Shown: in pieces, positions 40,289 through 49,274 of the stretch
How positions within the stretch are numbered: the stretch's first letter is position 1
Layout of the letters: each line of letters starts with the position of its first letter
Assembly (NCBI GenBank): GCA_963708295.1
Contig: CAVPSJ010000004.1
Coordinates: 576,001-640,000 of the forward strand
DNA: 64,000 nucleotides
Direction: 5' to 3'
DNA from: an uncultured delta proteobacterium
GTDB lineage: Bacteria; Desulfobacterota; BSN033; UBA1163
Made by a program: the position numbers and the translations under genes
The notes under the pieces: model-generated
Told to the model about the DNA's origin: nothing
Seen by the model: only the letters and a program-made list of their open reading frames with translations
Databases searched by the model: none

Positions 40289-41881
40289 ATGATTCCATTG
40301 AAATTCGCAAGGGCCTTGATGCTTGGCGTTGCCAGTTTGATTTTTATTCTGTCTGTGCCTTCTCTCTCTTTCTCATCTCCGAGGGCTCAGTTAAGCATCC
40401 TCTATACGAATGATGTGATGGGTGAGGTCGAGCCCTGTGGGTGATTCCGAAACCCTCTTGGCGGTGTCGCCAAGAAAGCGACTCTGATCTCCCAGATCAA
40501 AATGACAGGAAGAAAAATACTCCTCCTCGACACCGGGAATCTTTTTTTTCGAAAACCTCCTCCAACGGAAACCAAGCGCAGGGAGGCCCTTCTCCGTGTC
40601 GATCTCCTCGTCCACTCCTACAACGAAATGGGATACGATGTGGTCAATGTGGGGGAGAAAGATCTGATGATGGGGGTGAAGTTTCTCACCGAAGTGAGGC
40701 CGAAGGCGAAGTTTTCTCTTGTTTCTACCAATCTTGTGGACAAAAAAACTGGAAAGTGTATCTTTAAACCTTATGTCATCAAAGAGGTCGTCGGCCTGAA
40801 GGTTGCAATATTCGGCTTGCTGGACGATCAATTCAATCCAACCCTCCAGGAGAACGACCCGGCGTTAACCATCATCGACCCCCTCCCCGCGCTCAGGGCG
40901 GCGATGAAGGGCCTGAGAGAATATTGCGACCTCATGATCGTCCTCTCTCAATTGGGCGAATCGAAAGACAAAAAGTTAGCCAGACAAAATCGCGATATCG
41001 ATTTGATTCTAGGAGGAGGAGGGGAATCGAAAAAAGTGGTGATGGAAAGAGAGAATGGGACCGCCATTTACCGATTGGAGCCGAGGGGAGGATATTTGGG
41101 CCGGGTGGATTACTCCTTCAGCGATACGAAGAGACCCATTCAATTTACGATTTCCAGTGAACGGGAAGAGCTCGAGAAGAGATTGGAAAGGCTGATCTCT
41201 CATTCCATGCAAATGAAGATGGAGATGTCAAAATCAGGGAAGCAGGACAATATCAAGGTAAAGGAGCTGAGGTTCCTGGAATCGAAGCAGAAGGAACTGG
41301 AGAAAACCCTGATTGCCTTTGAAGATAAAAATTCTTACAGGCACATTGCGATCCCTGTGCAACCGGCCGTCACCGATGATCCAAGAATCACTAAAGAACT
41401 GGAAACTTATCGGACGGAATCGGCAAAACTCTATAAGCCAAAAGTGGTCGTCGAAGTTGGAAAGGATTTGCCGGAGAAAGAAATGATCGCCCGAATTCCC
41501 AAGACAAGCCCTTTTGCCGGAGCGATCTCGTGTAAGAGATGCCATGCGGTAAATTATAGAAATTGGTCAAAGACCAAACATGCCCAGGCTTCCCAGACGA
41601 TTGCCGCCTCCCCCAAATATGCCCAGGAGGAGTGCCTCATGTGTCACTCCACGGGCTATGGGAAGATCGGAGAGTATGCCGTCGTTTCAGACATCCCATT
41701 CTACCTTCAGGGGGTCCAGTGTGAGGCCTGTCATGGAGAAGGGAAGGGGCATCCGCAAGGGGGAAGGGTGGAGAGGAAAGTGACCCTGGGAGTCTGCCGA
41801 AACTGCCACACCAAAGATCAAAGCCCCACCTTTAATTATATCGCTTATCTTGAAAAGATCGGCTGCAGGGTCTCCGACTGA
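40289..41881 (+). CDS. Secreted UshA/5'-nucleotidase-like selenoprotein (CGU; Sec at UGA 40442-40444) fused to a tetraheme cytochrome c domain
   Basis: AAGGAG RBS, signal peptide, ILYTNDVMGEVEPCG-UGA-FRNPLGGVAKK in frame with ORF 40502-41881; SECIS-like hairpin 40456-40475; CKRCH, CLMCH, CEACH, CRNCH. Confidence 0.88.
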
Positions 41882-41941
41882 AGTTCGGAGTTCGGAGTCT
41901 TGAAATTTAATGCTCCGAACTACGAACTCTTACTCCGAACT
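41881..41941. repeat. Inverted heptamer repeat array (AGTTCGG / CCGAACT) between convergent genes
   Basis: AAGTTCGGAGTTCGGAGT ... GCTCCGAACTACGAACTCTTACTCCGAACT. Confidence 0.7.
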
Positions 41942-43911
41942 TAAACCAGGAACTCCCATGCAATCAGGAAGACGCAGAAAAGCCCGACGGCCAGCATTGC
42001 AAATCCCACCGTCGTTGAGAAGAGGTCTGTTCCCACACTGGGGTACTTATCCCGATAGGTCTCCAACGTCTTCTCCGCCAGCAGGCGATCATACTGTTCC
42101 TGCCTTTCCTCCACCAGTTCGTATTTCGGGAACCTTCCTGTAAAGATCACGGTATCGATCGGGAATTTCGAAGGTCGAAAATGGGTGTTGAAGAAATGGA
42201 CGGTGAAGATGAAGCCGGAAGCCAAAAGCGCCTCATCCGAGTGGACGATCGTGGCAATGTTGAGAATCCATCCGGGTAAAAAGATCGTGAAGAATTCTGG
42301 AAACCAGAGCATCAATCCCGAGAATCCGATAGCAAACATCCCCCAGAAGACGGCCAGAAAATCGAATTTCTCCCAATAGGTCCATCGGTCAAACCGGGGT
42401 TTCGGCCCTTTGTTAAAGAACCAGCGGATCATTCCGATGATGTCCTGAATGTCTTTCCAGCGAGGGCAGAGTGAATCCGGGCCGAAAAGCCTCTGCAATG
42501 GGTTGGGGTTTCCACGGATCTTCTTGAAGAAGAGGAAATAAAAGATGTAAGCGATGGTCGTTCCAAAGTAAGCAAAAGTGATGGCAGCACAGATGCGATG
42601 AATCAAGCCGGCCATCCGAGCCCCTCCTAGAAAATGCATCAGACCGCTGGCCCAGGGGGCATGAGCGAATTTCAGCGGGAGCCCGGTCAGGACAAGGCCA
42701 AGGAAAGTCACCATCATCGTGAAATGGAGGACGATTTCAAAAAAGCTAAATCGGCGATAGATATGACCTGCCTCATCCGGTCTCACATGGAGCGAAAAGA
42801 AGACTCCCTTGGCCCTCAACTCCCGCTTTTCCCAGAAGTCTTTCCGCCACCAGAGAAAAGTGTGAAACCAGAACACTCCAAAGACAGAAACAAGGAGGCT
42901 TGTCATCAGGACAAAGGTTCCGTAGAGCACCGGCTCTCTTTCCGGATCTTTATGGGTCGCATGGGCAATCCATTGCACGAAGTTGGCATTGGCCCCTGTG
43001 TGGCATTTGCCGCAGGTCTCCACGCGCCGCTTCTCCGAGATGAGGGATTTCGGGTTATTCGGAGGCAGAATGTTGTGAAACCCGTGGCAGTCAGCACAAC
43101 CTGCCACCAATCTGGGGTAGCCCAGATGCTCCACTTTTCCATGATAGCTTTCGTAATAGGTCTGGGTAGCGATGAGGAAAACCTTGTTTCTCTTCATCAT
43201 CTCTTTGTCCGCGTGACACTTCTGGCAGACTTCCGTATGGAATTCCTTCCGGAATTCCACCGCTTTGGGTTCATCCCCCTTTAACAAAGGAATCTTATGG
43301 AGGCCGTGGCAATCGCTGCAGGCGGCTGAATCCGGATTTCCGTCGACGACAGCTTGTCCGTGAACGCTTTGAGAATAGCCATCATCCGAGTGGCAGGTCG
43401 TACATGTCTGGATCACTCGAACTTTGTCCCCCTTCCACGGGGTCAATTCATGGATGTCTTTATGGCAGTCTTTGCATTGAATGTCGTTGATGAAATGGGC
43501 GCTTGCATAATGTTCCACCCCTTCTCTTTTATGACATCGATGACAACTCACAGGTTCAGTATGGATTCTTCCCCCTTTCGCCTTCCCATGGGCTTTGACA
43601 TCCGTGATATCATAGTGGCAGCTGTTACAGGAGTTGGCCCCATGAACGGACTGGGCAAATTTCCTCTCGCTGATTTTACTGTGACAGCCCAAACATTCAG
43701 AATTGTCAATGCACTCGTAGCAATACTCCCGGCCCTTCGCGACAAACTTCTCCGCTTTCTTAGGCGGCTCAGAGGGTTTGGTCACCCCTGGGGGCTTAAC
43801 ACTCTCTTTATCGGGAGCAGGCGATGCCGCCCACGACACCCCGAAGCTCCAAAGGAACGAGGCAGAGAGAACGAGACAAACAAGGATTGATTTATTAACT
43901 TTGGATTCCAT
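41941..43911 (-). CDS. CbcL-like protein: periplasmic multiheme c domain fused to an integral-membrane cytochrome b (FdnI-like) domain
   Basis: Signal peptide, 9 CxxCH motifs, then TM domain with LHF..LTGLPLKF, HR, YWEKFDFLAVFWG, HSDEALLA..HFFNTH. Confidence 0.88.
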   Translation of the reverse strand: MESKVNKSILVCLVLSASFLWSFGVSWAASPAPDKESVKPPGVTKPSEPPKKAEKFVAKGREYCYECIDNSECLGCHSKISERKFAQSVHGANSCNSCHYDITDVKAHGKAKGGRIHTEPVSCHRCHKREGVEHYASAHFINDIQCKDCHKDIHELTPWKGDKVRVIQTCTTCHSDDGYSQSVHGQAVVDGNPDSAACSDCHGLHKIPLLKGDEPKAVEFRKEFHTEVCQKCHADKEMMKRNKVFLIATQTYYESYHGKVEHLGYPRLVAGCADCHGFHNILPPNNPKSLISEKRRVETCGKCHTGANANFVQWIAHATHKDPEREPVLYGTFVLMTSLLVSVFGVFWFHTFLWWRKDFWEKRELRAKGVFFSLHVRPDEAGHIYRRFSFFEIVLHFTMMVTFLGLVLTGLPLKFAHAPWASGLMHFLGGARMAGLIHRICAAITFAYFGTTIAYIFYFLFFKKIRGNPNPLQRLFGPDSLCPRWKDIQDIIGMIRWFFNKGPKPRFDRWTYWEKFDFLAVFWGMFAIGFSGLMLWFPEFFTIFLPGWILNIATIVHSDEALLASGFIFTVHFFNTHFRPSKFPIDTVIFTGRFPKYELVEERQEQYDRLLAEKTLETYRDKYPSVGTDLFSTTVGFAMLAVGLFCVFLIAWEFLV

Positions 43912-44024
43912 TAGCCCCCCAGAAACAGAAAGCCGAATCACCCGGCCCTTCAAGTAAGTACGAGGGTTATTCCGGCGAGACTCAAAGAAAATTCAATTTT
44001 TTTTGGATTCTAAACGAGGGTAAA

Positions 44025-44042
44025 TTGTGATTTTTCTAACAC
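44025..44042. promoter_or_regulatory. Candidate Rex operator upstream of the CbcL-like gene
   Basis: TTGTGATTTTTCTAACAC, downstream of a minus-strand TTGACT -35-like hexamer (44056-44061). Confidence 0.45.
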
Positions 44043-44076
44043 AATGAAAAATCTAAGTCAATAACATTCTGATTTT

Positions 44077-44318
44077 GGTAGTGGGTCAGTTTGGGTCGCG
44101 AATGCCCATACGGAGCCGAGGGGGGTCTGGTCCCCCGGAGCGGTTCAGGGGCGCTTCCTTCTTTGTTGAAAGACTTCTCACATCCTAAGTCATGAGATCG
44201 TCAGTGGAATGCACGAAGGACCATCCCCCGGACCTATGAATACAACCGCCCTTCTGAAACGCGTGGAGGAATAGGCCACCCTAGGCTCCTTTCTGCGGGC
44301 GGAAACTGACCCACTACC
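44077..44318. mobile_element. Non-autonomous MITE, 242 bp, 16-bp TIR, 8-bp target-site duplication
   Basis: GGTAGTGGGTCAGTTT (44077-44092) / AAACTGACCCACTACC (44303-44318), flanked by CTGATTTT on both sides. Confidence 0.9.
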
Positions 44319-44362
44319 CTGATTTTACTCTAGCGATGGATGAGGTTTGAATGGCTGTCACG

Positions 44363-45190
44363 TTACTTGACTCTTGGATTAAAACCAACCAGGGTTAACC
44401 AGTTTTTCTCTTGTAACCTCTCAACGATTTCAACAGGTTTTGGGATCAGCCGTCTCTCCATTTCTTCCGCATCTTTTTCAAAGATTCCTGAAAGAATGAA
44501 CCACCGTTTCTCGAAGAAGGCCCTTTTCTCGAGCAGGGACTCGATCACCTGAAGATGAATGTTCGCACAAACTAAATCTGCTTCTTCTTCTATAAAATCC
44601 TCCGCTTTTCCGAATCTCACTTCAATCCGTCGAGATTCTTCGTTGGACACCACATTTCGCAAGGCTGTCTCTGCGGCCAGTTCGTTGCAGTCAACGGCAA
44701 GCACCTTTTCGGCTCCCCATTTCGCAGCGGCCAGCGCAAGGATCCCCGAGCCTGTTCCCAGGTCGAGAACTCTTCTCGGCCTCTCCTTTTGATAAATTCC
44801 CCAAAGGGCTTTAAGGCAGGTTCGGGTCGTTGGATGATAACCCGTACCAAAGACGACGTTAGGATCTAAATGAACCAGGACCTCCCCTTCCTCGACCTTC
44901 GCATCTTCCCAGGGGGGAGAGATGATCAGATTGCCCGCCTTAAAAGGTTTCAATTCTTCACCGGCCTGCCAGGCCTTATAGTCCAGTACATTTCTGGAGA
45001 TAAGTGGGACTCCCCTCTTTTCCCTAAATAAATCCACTTCTTCATCGTGAGGCTGAGAAAAAAAGAGGAAGGAGGTCTCTCCTTCGTTCCAGCAGCCGAG
45101 GAAATCTTCCTTAAAAAACTTTTTTGAATCTGAGATCGCCCCGGAGATCTCGTAAATATAAAGGTTTTGGTAGGGAATCATCTTCTTCAT
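44363..45190 (-). CDS. PrmA-like (ribosomal protein L11) methyltransferase
   Basis: FGTGYHPTT, VLDLGTGSGILA, ANI, ILSGI. Confidence 0.85.
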   Translation of the reverse strand: MKKMIPYQNLYIYEISGAISDSKKFFKEDFLGCWNEGETSFLFFSQPHDEEVDLFREKRGVPLISRNVLDYKAWQAGEELKPFKAGNLIISPPWEDAKVEEGEVLVHLDPNVVFGTGYHPTTRTCLKALWGIYQKERPRRVLDLGTGSGILALAAAKWGAEKVLAVDCNELAAETALRNVVSNEESRRIEVRFGKAEDFIEEEADLVCANIHLQVIESLLEKRAFFEKRWFILSGIFEKDAEEMERRLIPKPVEIVERLQEKNWLTLVGFNPRVK

Positions 45191-45363
45191 TTATACCATA
45201 GGTCTTTCTCGCTTGACAATTTTGGAAGAAATATTAATTTATATTTTGAGTTTGTGGCAGATTTTGTTAAAGTCTTGTTAGCTTGTTAGATTCGGACACG
45301 GACCGTGCTTGCGCGCCGAAGCGCTATAACGAACTGGCACGGACACGAGACAGGGTTTCAATT

Positions 45364-45708
45364 ATGCCAACCTACGCGTACAGAGCGATTAATTCAGAAA
45401 AAAGCTGCCCTTATTGCAGGCCGGGTTTTGAGGTCATCCAGAGGATGACCGAGTCGGCCCTCACCGTCTGCCCCCGATGTAAGAATCCCATCTCCCGGGT
45501 CCTTTTCGCCCCCACCGTCGTCATCAAAGGACATCCACTCGCAGAGACGGATCGGAAGATCAAGGATTATGAAAAAGAGGGAAAATGGAGCCATGCCGCT
45601 GAGTTAGCGGATAAGGAAGCGGAGAAAACGAAGCGAGAGGATTTAAAGACCCGTGCCTTGGAGGATTACAAGAAAGCGGGTTATAATTTTGATAAATACG
45701 ATACCTAA
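45364..45708 (+). CDS. FmdB-like zinc ribbon protein
   Basis: MPTYAY..CPYC..FEVIQRM..CPRC. Confidence 0.8.
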   Translation: MPTYAYRAINSEKSCPYCRPGFEVIQRMTESALTVCPRCKNPISRVLFAPTVVIKGHPLAETDRKIKDYEKEGKWSHAAELADKEAEKTKREDLKTRALEDYKKAGYNFDKYDT

Positions 45709-45804
45709 ACCGCAACCCGAGCGTAATGCGAAGCTCCTCGCCTGTCCCGTCTTGTCGGGGTGGGCGGGGAGTTTCACATTTGGCATGGAAGGTTTAAAAC
45801 AAGA

Positions 45805-47811
45805 ATGATCACACTCAATCACGTTCAGAAACAGTTTGGAGGCAAGGTCCTTTTCAGGGACTGCTCGCTTCAGATTGGGGTGAGGGACCGGGTTGGCCTG
45901 ATCGGTCCGAATGGCGCCGGGAAGACATCTCTTTTCAGAATGATCCTGGGAGAGGAATCCATTGACGAAGGAGACATCCTCATCGCCAAAGGGGTAAAGA
46001 TAGGCTATCTCCCCCAGGAGGTTATTTCCTTCAAGGGCAACACGGTTCTGGATGAGGTTTTGAAAAGCCTGACCAGCATTACATCCCTCCAAGATAAGAT
46101 GAAGATTTTGGAAGAGGAACTTTCATCCATGGAGGATCCGAAGGAACAGGAGAGGCTGGCAAAGGAATATGGAAAACTTCAGGAGCGGTATACGCTCCTC
46201 GGGGGATACGGCCTGGAGGCTGAGGCAAAACGTATCCTTCAGGGATTGGGGTTTAAAGAAAGGGACTTCGATAGGCTCACCGACGAGCTCAGCGGCGGCT
46301 GGCGGATGCGAATTGCCCTGGCAAAAATCCTTCTTCAATCCCCCGACCTTCTTCTTCTCGACGAGCCGACCAACCACCTGGATCTGATCTCCCTGATCTG
46401 GCTGGAGGAATTCTTGATCAATTATCCGGGCGCCATGGTCATCGTCTCGCACGATCGAGTCTTCCTCAATCACCTGATCGGCTGGATTGCGGAGATTGAG
46501 GCTCAAAGGATCGACCTCTATTACGGTGACTATGACCACTATTTGGAGGAAAAGGAAGCCCGAAAGCAAATCCTCGAGGCGACTTATAAGACTCAGCAGA
46601 GAAAAATCGAGCAGACCGAAAGATTTATCGAGCGATTCCGGGCCAAAAACACCAAATCAAGCCAGGTACAAAGTCGAATCAAGATGCTGGAAAAAATCGA
46701 TCGGGTTGAACTTCCGGAGACAAAGAAGGACATTCGATTTCACTTCCCTGCCCCCAAACGGAGCGGCCACAAGGTTGCGGAGGTCAAAAATCTTTACAAA
46801 AGCTATGGCGGGACGGCGGTTTATCAAGGGATCAGTCTCCATCTCTACCGGGGAGAAAAAGTGGCTTTGGTGGGCCCCAACGGGGCGGGAAAGTCTACCC
46901 TTCTTAAGATTCTCGCCGGAGTCCTCGATTTTGAAAAAGGGGAGGTCATTTTTGGAAAGGATGTGACCCGTGCTTACTTTGCCCAGCACCAGTTTGATCT
47001 CCTTTGTCCGGAAAACACGGTTTTGGGAGAGCTCCTTTCCGTTGCCACCGATGAGAGCCAGACAGAGCTGCGAACCATCCTGGGGACTTTTCTTTTTAGC
47101 GGAGATGACATCGAGAAGAGAGTCTCCGTGTTGAGCGGTGGAGAGAAGAGCCGCCTGGTTTTGGCAAAGATGCTTCTCCGGCCCGCCAATTTTCTTCTTC
47201 TCGACGAGCCGACCAGTCATCTCGACATTTCCTCTCGAAATGTATTGGAGATGGCCCTGCAGCAGTTTCAGGGGACGATCTGCCTCATCACTCACGACCG
47301 TCACCTGATCAATCAGATTGCTAATAAAGTAGTCGAAATCGATCAAGGGATCCCCCATCTCTATCCGGGAAACTACGATTATTATCTCTACAAGAAACAG
47401 CAGATTGAAAAGGGGGAAGTCCAGAAAGAAACGGGGGCGGTTGTCGGAACGACGCTCGTGCCCACTCATCCATTGCCTCTGCAAAAAAAGAAACCCTCGT
47501 ACAAAGCGAAGGAAGAGAGGCGAAAAAGGGCTCAGGAAATGGATCAATTCAAAAGGCAGCTTTCCAGTCTCGAAAAGCGAGTGCAGGAAGTGGAAAAATC
47601 CCTACAGGAGGCCACCCAGAAACTGGATCATCTGAATCAAAAACTTTCTGACCCCAATCTGTACTTGAATCAGCAAGAGACTTACGAGACCGTTCAGACT
47701 CATCAGCAAGTCAAAGAACAGGTGAGAGAGCTTACCCAGCTCTGGGAATTCCTCGCCCTGGAGCTCGAAGAGCTCAAAATGACAAGCCTCGTGTCAAGCG
47801 CCGAAGACTAA
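45805..47811 (+). CDS. ABC-F family ATPase
   Basis: Two ABC domains (GPNGAGKT/S, LSGG, LDEPTNHLD) with linker and C-terminal coiled coil. Confidence 0.95.
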   Translation: MITLNHVQKQFGGKVLFRDCSLQIGVRDRVGLIGPNGAGKTSLFRMILGEESIDEGDILIAKGVKIGYLPQEVISFKGNTVLDEVLKSLTSITSLQDKMKILEEELSSMEDPKEQERLAKEYGKLQERYTLLGGYGLEAEAKRILQGLGFKERDFDRLTDELSGGWRMRIALAKILLQSPDLLLLDEPTNHLDLISLIWLEEFLINYPGAMVIVSHDRVFLNHLIGWIAEIEAQRIDLYYGDYDHYLEEKEARKQILEATYKTQQRKIEQTERFIERFRAKNTKSSQVQSRIKMLEKIDRVELPETKKDIRFHFPAPKRSGHKVAEVKNLYKSYGGTAVYQGISLHLYRGEKVALVGPNGAGKSTLLKILAGVLDFEKGEVIFGKDVTRAYFAQHQFDLLCPENTVLGELLSVATDESQTELRTILGTFLFSGDDIEKRVSVLSGGEKSRLVLAKMLLRPANFLLLDEPTSHLDISSRNVLEMALQQFQGTICLITHDRHLINQIANKVVEIDQGIPHLYPGNYDYYLYKKQQIEKGEVQKETGAVVGTTLVPTHPLPLQKKKPSYKAKEERRKRAQEMDQFKRQLSSLEKRVQEVEKSLQEATQKLDHLNQKLSDPNLYLNQQETYETVQTHQQVKEQVRELTQLWEFLALELEELKMTSLVSSAED

Positions 47812-48065
47812 CTTCCTGACAATCCCGCCCAGCCACGACCCGCCATCAAAATCCCGGAAATGTCATTTCTCTAAGAACACGGGAAAAGCCTACAGCCTCT
47901 GCAGGAAAAACCTTACACTGTTAAGAGTGTTAATTTTCCCTTTCTTAAATGATTTCAATTCATTAGGTTTAGAAAAACCGTTGGTATAAAAAGTGCATTT
48001 AGCTCTCCTCCTAAGAGAAATGATGCGCGCGTCATAACGTAGTCAATCGAAGGAGGAGGCATGTT

Positions 48066-49241
48066 ATGAAAAGAGACATCATCAAAAAAGGGATGTTTAT
48101 TATTCTTCTCCTCTTATCAGGCTCATTGGCCATCGCCGACACCTTTCCTGAAGATCCATCAAGAGGGAAGCAGCTTTTTGTAAAAAAAGGGTGTGTGAAA
48201 TGTCATGACGTGGAAGGGCGGGGAAGCAAAATCGGCCCTGATCTCGTTACGAAAGACATGGGCGGCACGCCCTTGGATCTGGCTGCAAGACTATGGAACC
48301 ATACGCCTTCCATGGTCTTGGGCATGGCGGGGACAAGCATGGTCAAACCTGCCTTGACGGGGCAGGAATTTAACGACCTTTCGGTTTACCTCTACCTCCT
48401 CAGATTCTCCGACGGGCCGGGGAATCCGGTGCGGGGAAGATCCATATTTACCGAAAAAGGTTGTCATTTGTGCCATCCTTTTGCAGGTAAAGGGAAACAG
48501 GATCAAATCGGATTCGACGAATTCCCGCGGAATATTTCTCCAATCTTCCTAAGCAAGGGGATCTGGAACCACAGTTTAGACATGATCGCCCGCATGGCTC
48601 AAATCGGAATGAAGTGGCCTAAGTTTAGAGAAACAGAGATGATCGACCTCTTAGCATACATTAAGGCCAAGGCAAAAGGAGCCGACGATCCATCTTTCTT
48701 TAAACCCGGCAACCCGAAAGAGGGAAAACAGCTCTTCAATGCAAAGGGGTGTGATAAATGCCATACCATCCGAGGCGAGGGGGGAGAGGGAGGAGTGGAC
48801 CTCGGCAGAGAGGCTCAAACTTTCCGCACCTCATTCACCGAGATCGCGTCGAGTATGTGGAATAAGGGGCCTGCGATTTTGGCCAAGATGGCTCAGGCGC
48901 AGTCGGGCATTCCCAAGCTGACCTCGAAAGAGACGGCAGACCTTTTCTCTTTTCTTTACTTCATCCCTTTCACCGACGAGCCGGGGAATATCACGAACGG
49001 AAAAATATTATTTTCGGAAATGAAATGTGCACAATGTCATGGGCAAGACCGGATGCGCCGCAAACTGTTATACATCGACCAGTCCAAATATCAGGCCACG
49101 TCCAAAACCAACCTCGTCGCCAGTATCTGGAATCACCGGCTGGTCATCATGAACGCCGCCAACGAAGAACAACTTCCATGGCCGCTCATGGACAATAGAG
49201 AGATGGCAGACCTCGTCGAATTTATTCTCGCTCCCCAATGA
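48066..49241 (+). CDS. Secreted cytochrome c with four monoheme-type repeats
   Basis: Signal peptide; CVKCH, CHLCH, CDKCH, CAQCH, each followed by a WNH/WNK repeat. Confidence 0.9.
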   Translation: MKRDIIKKGMFIILLLLSGSLAIADTFPEDPSRGKQLFVKKGCVKCHDVEGRGSKIGPDLVTKDMGGTPLDLAARLWNHTPSMVLGMAGTSMVKPALTGQEFNDLSVYLYLLRFSDGPGNPVRGRSIFTEKGCHLCHPFAGKGKQDQIGFDEFPRNISPIFLSKGIWNHSLDMIARMAQIGMKWPKFRETEMIDLLAYIKAKAKGADDPSFFKPGNPKEGKQLFNAKGCDKCHTIRGEGGEGGVDLGREAQTFRTSFTEIASSMWNKGPAILAKMAQAQSGIPKLTSKETADLFSFLYFIPFTDEPGNITNGKILFSEMKCAQCHGQDRMRRKLLYIDQSKYQATSKTNLVASIWNHRLVIMNAANEEQLPWPLMDNREMADLVEFILAPQ

Positions 49242-49274
49242 GGACCGGAATAGGATACCGATACAACGGTAACA

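Noticed and set aside
46657-47547. 296-aa antisense ORF and similar long shadow ORFs (e.g. 39670-40275, 42634-43284, 57488-58172)
   Set aside because: They lie antisense to or overlap well-supported genes and show no recognisable motifs.
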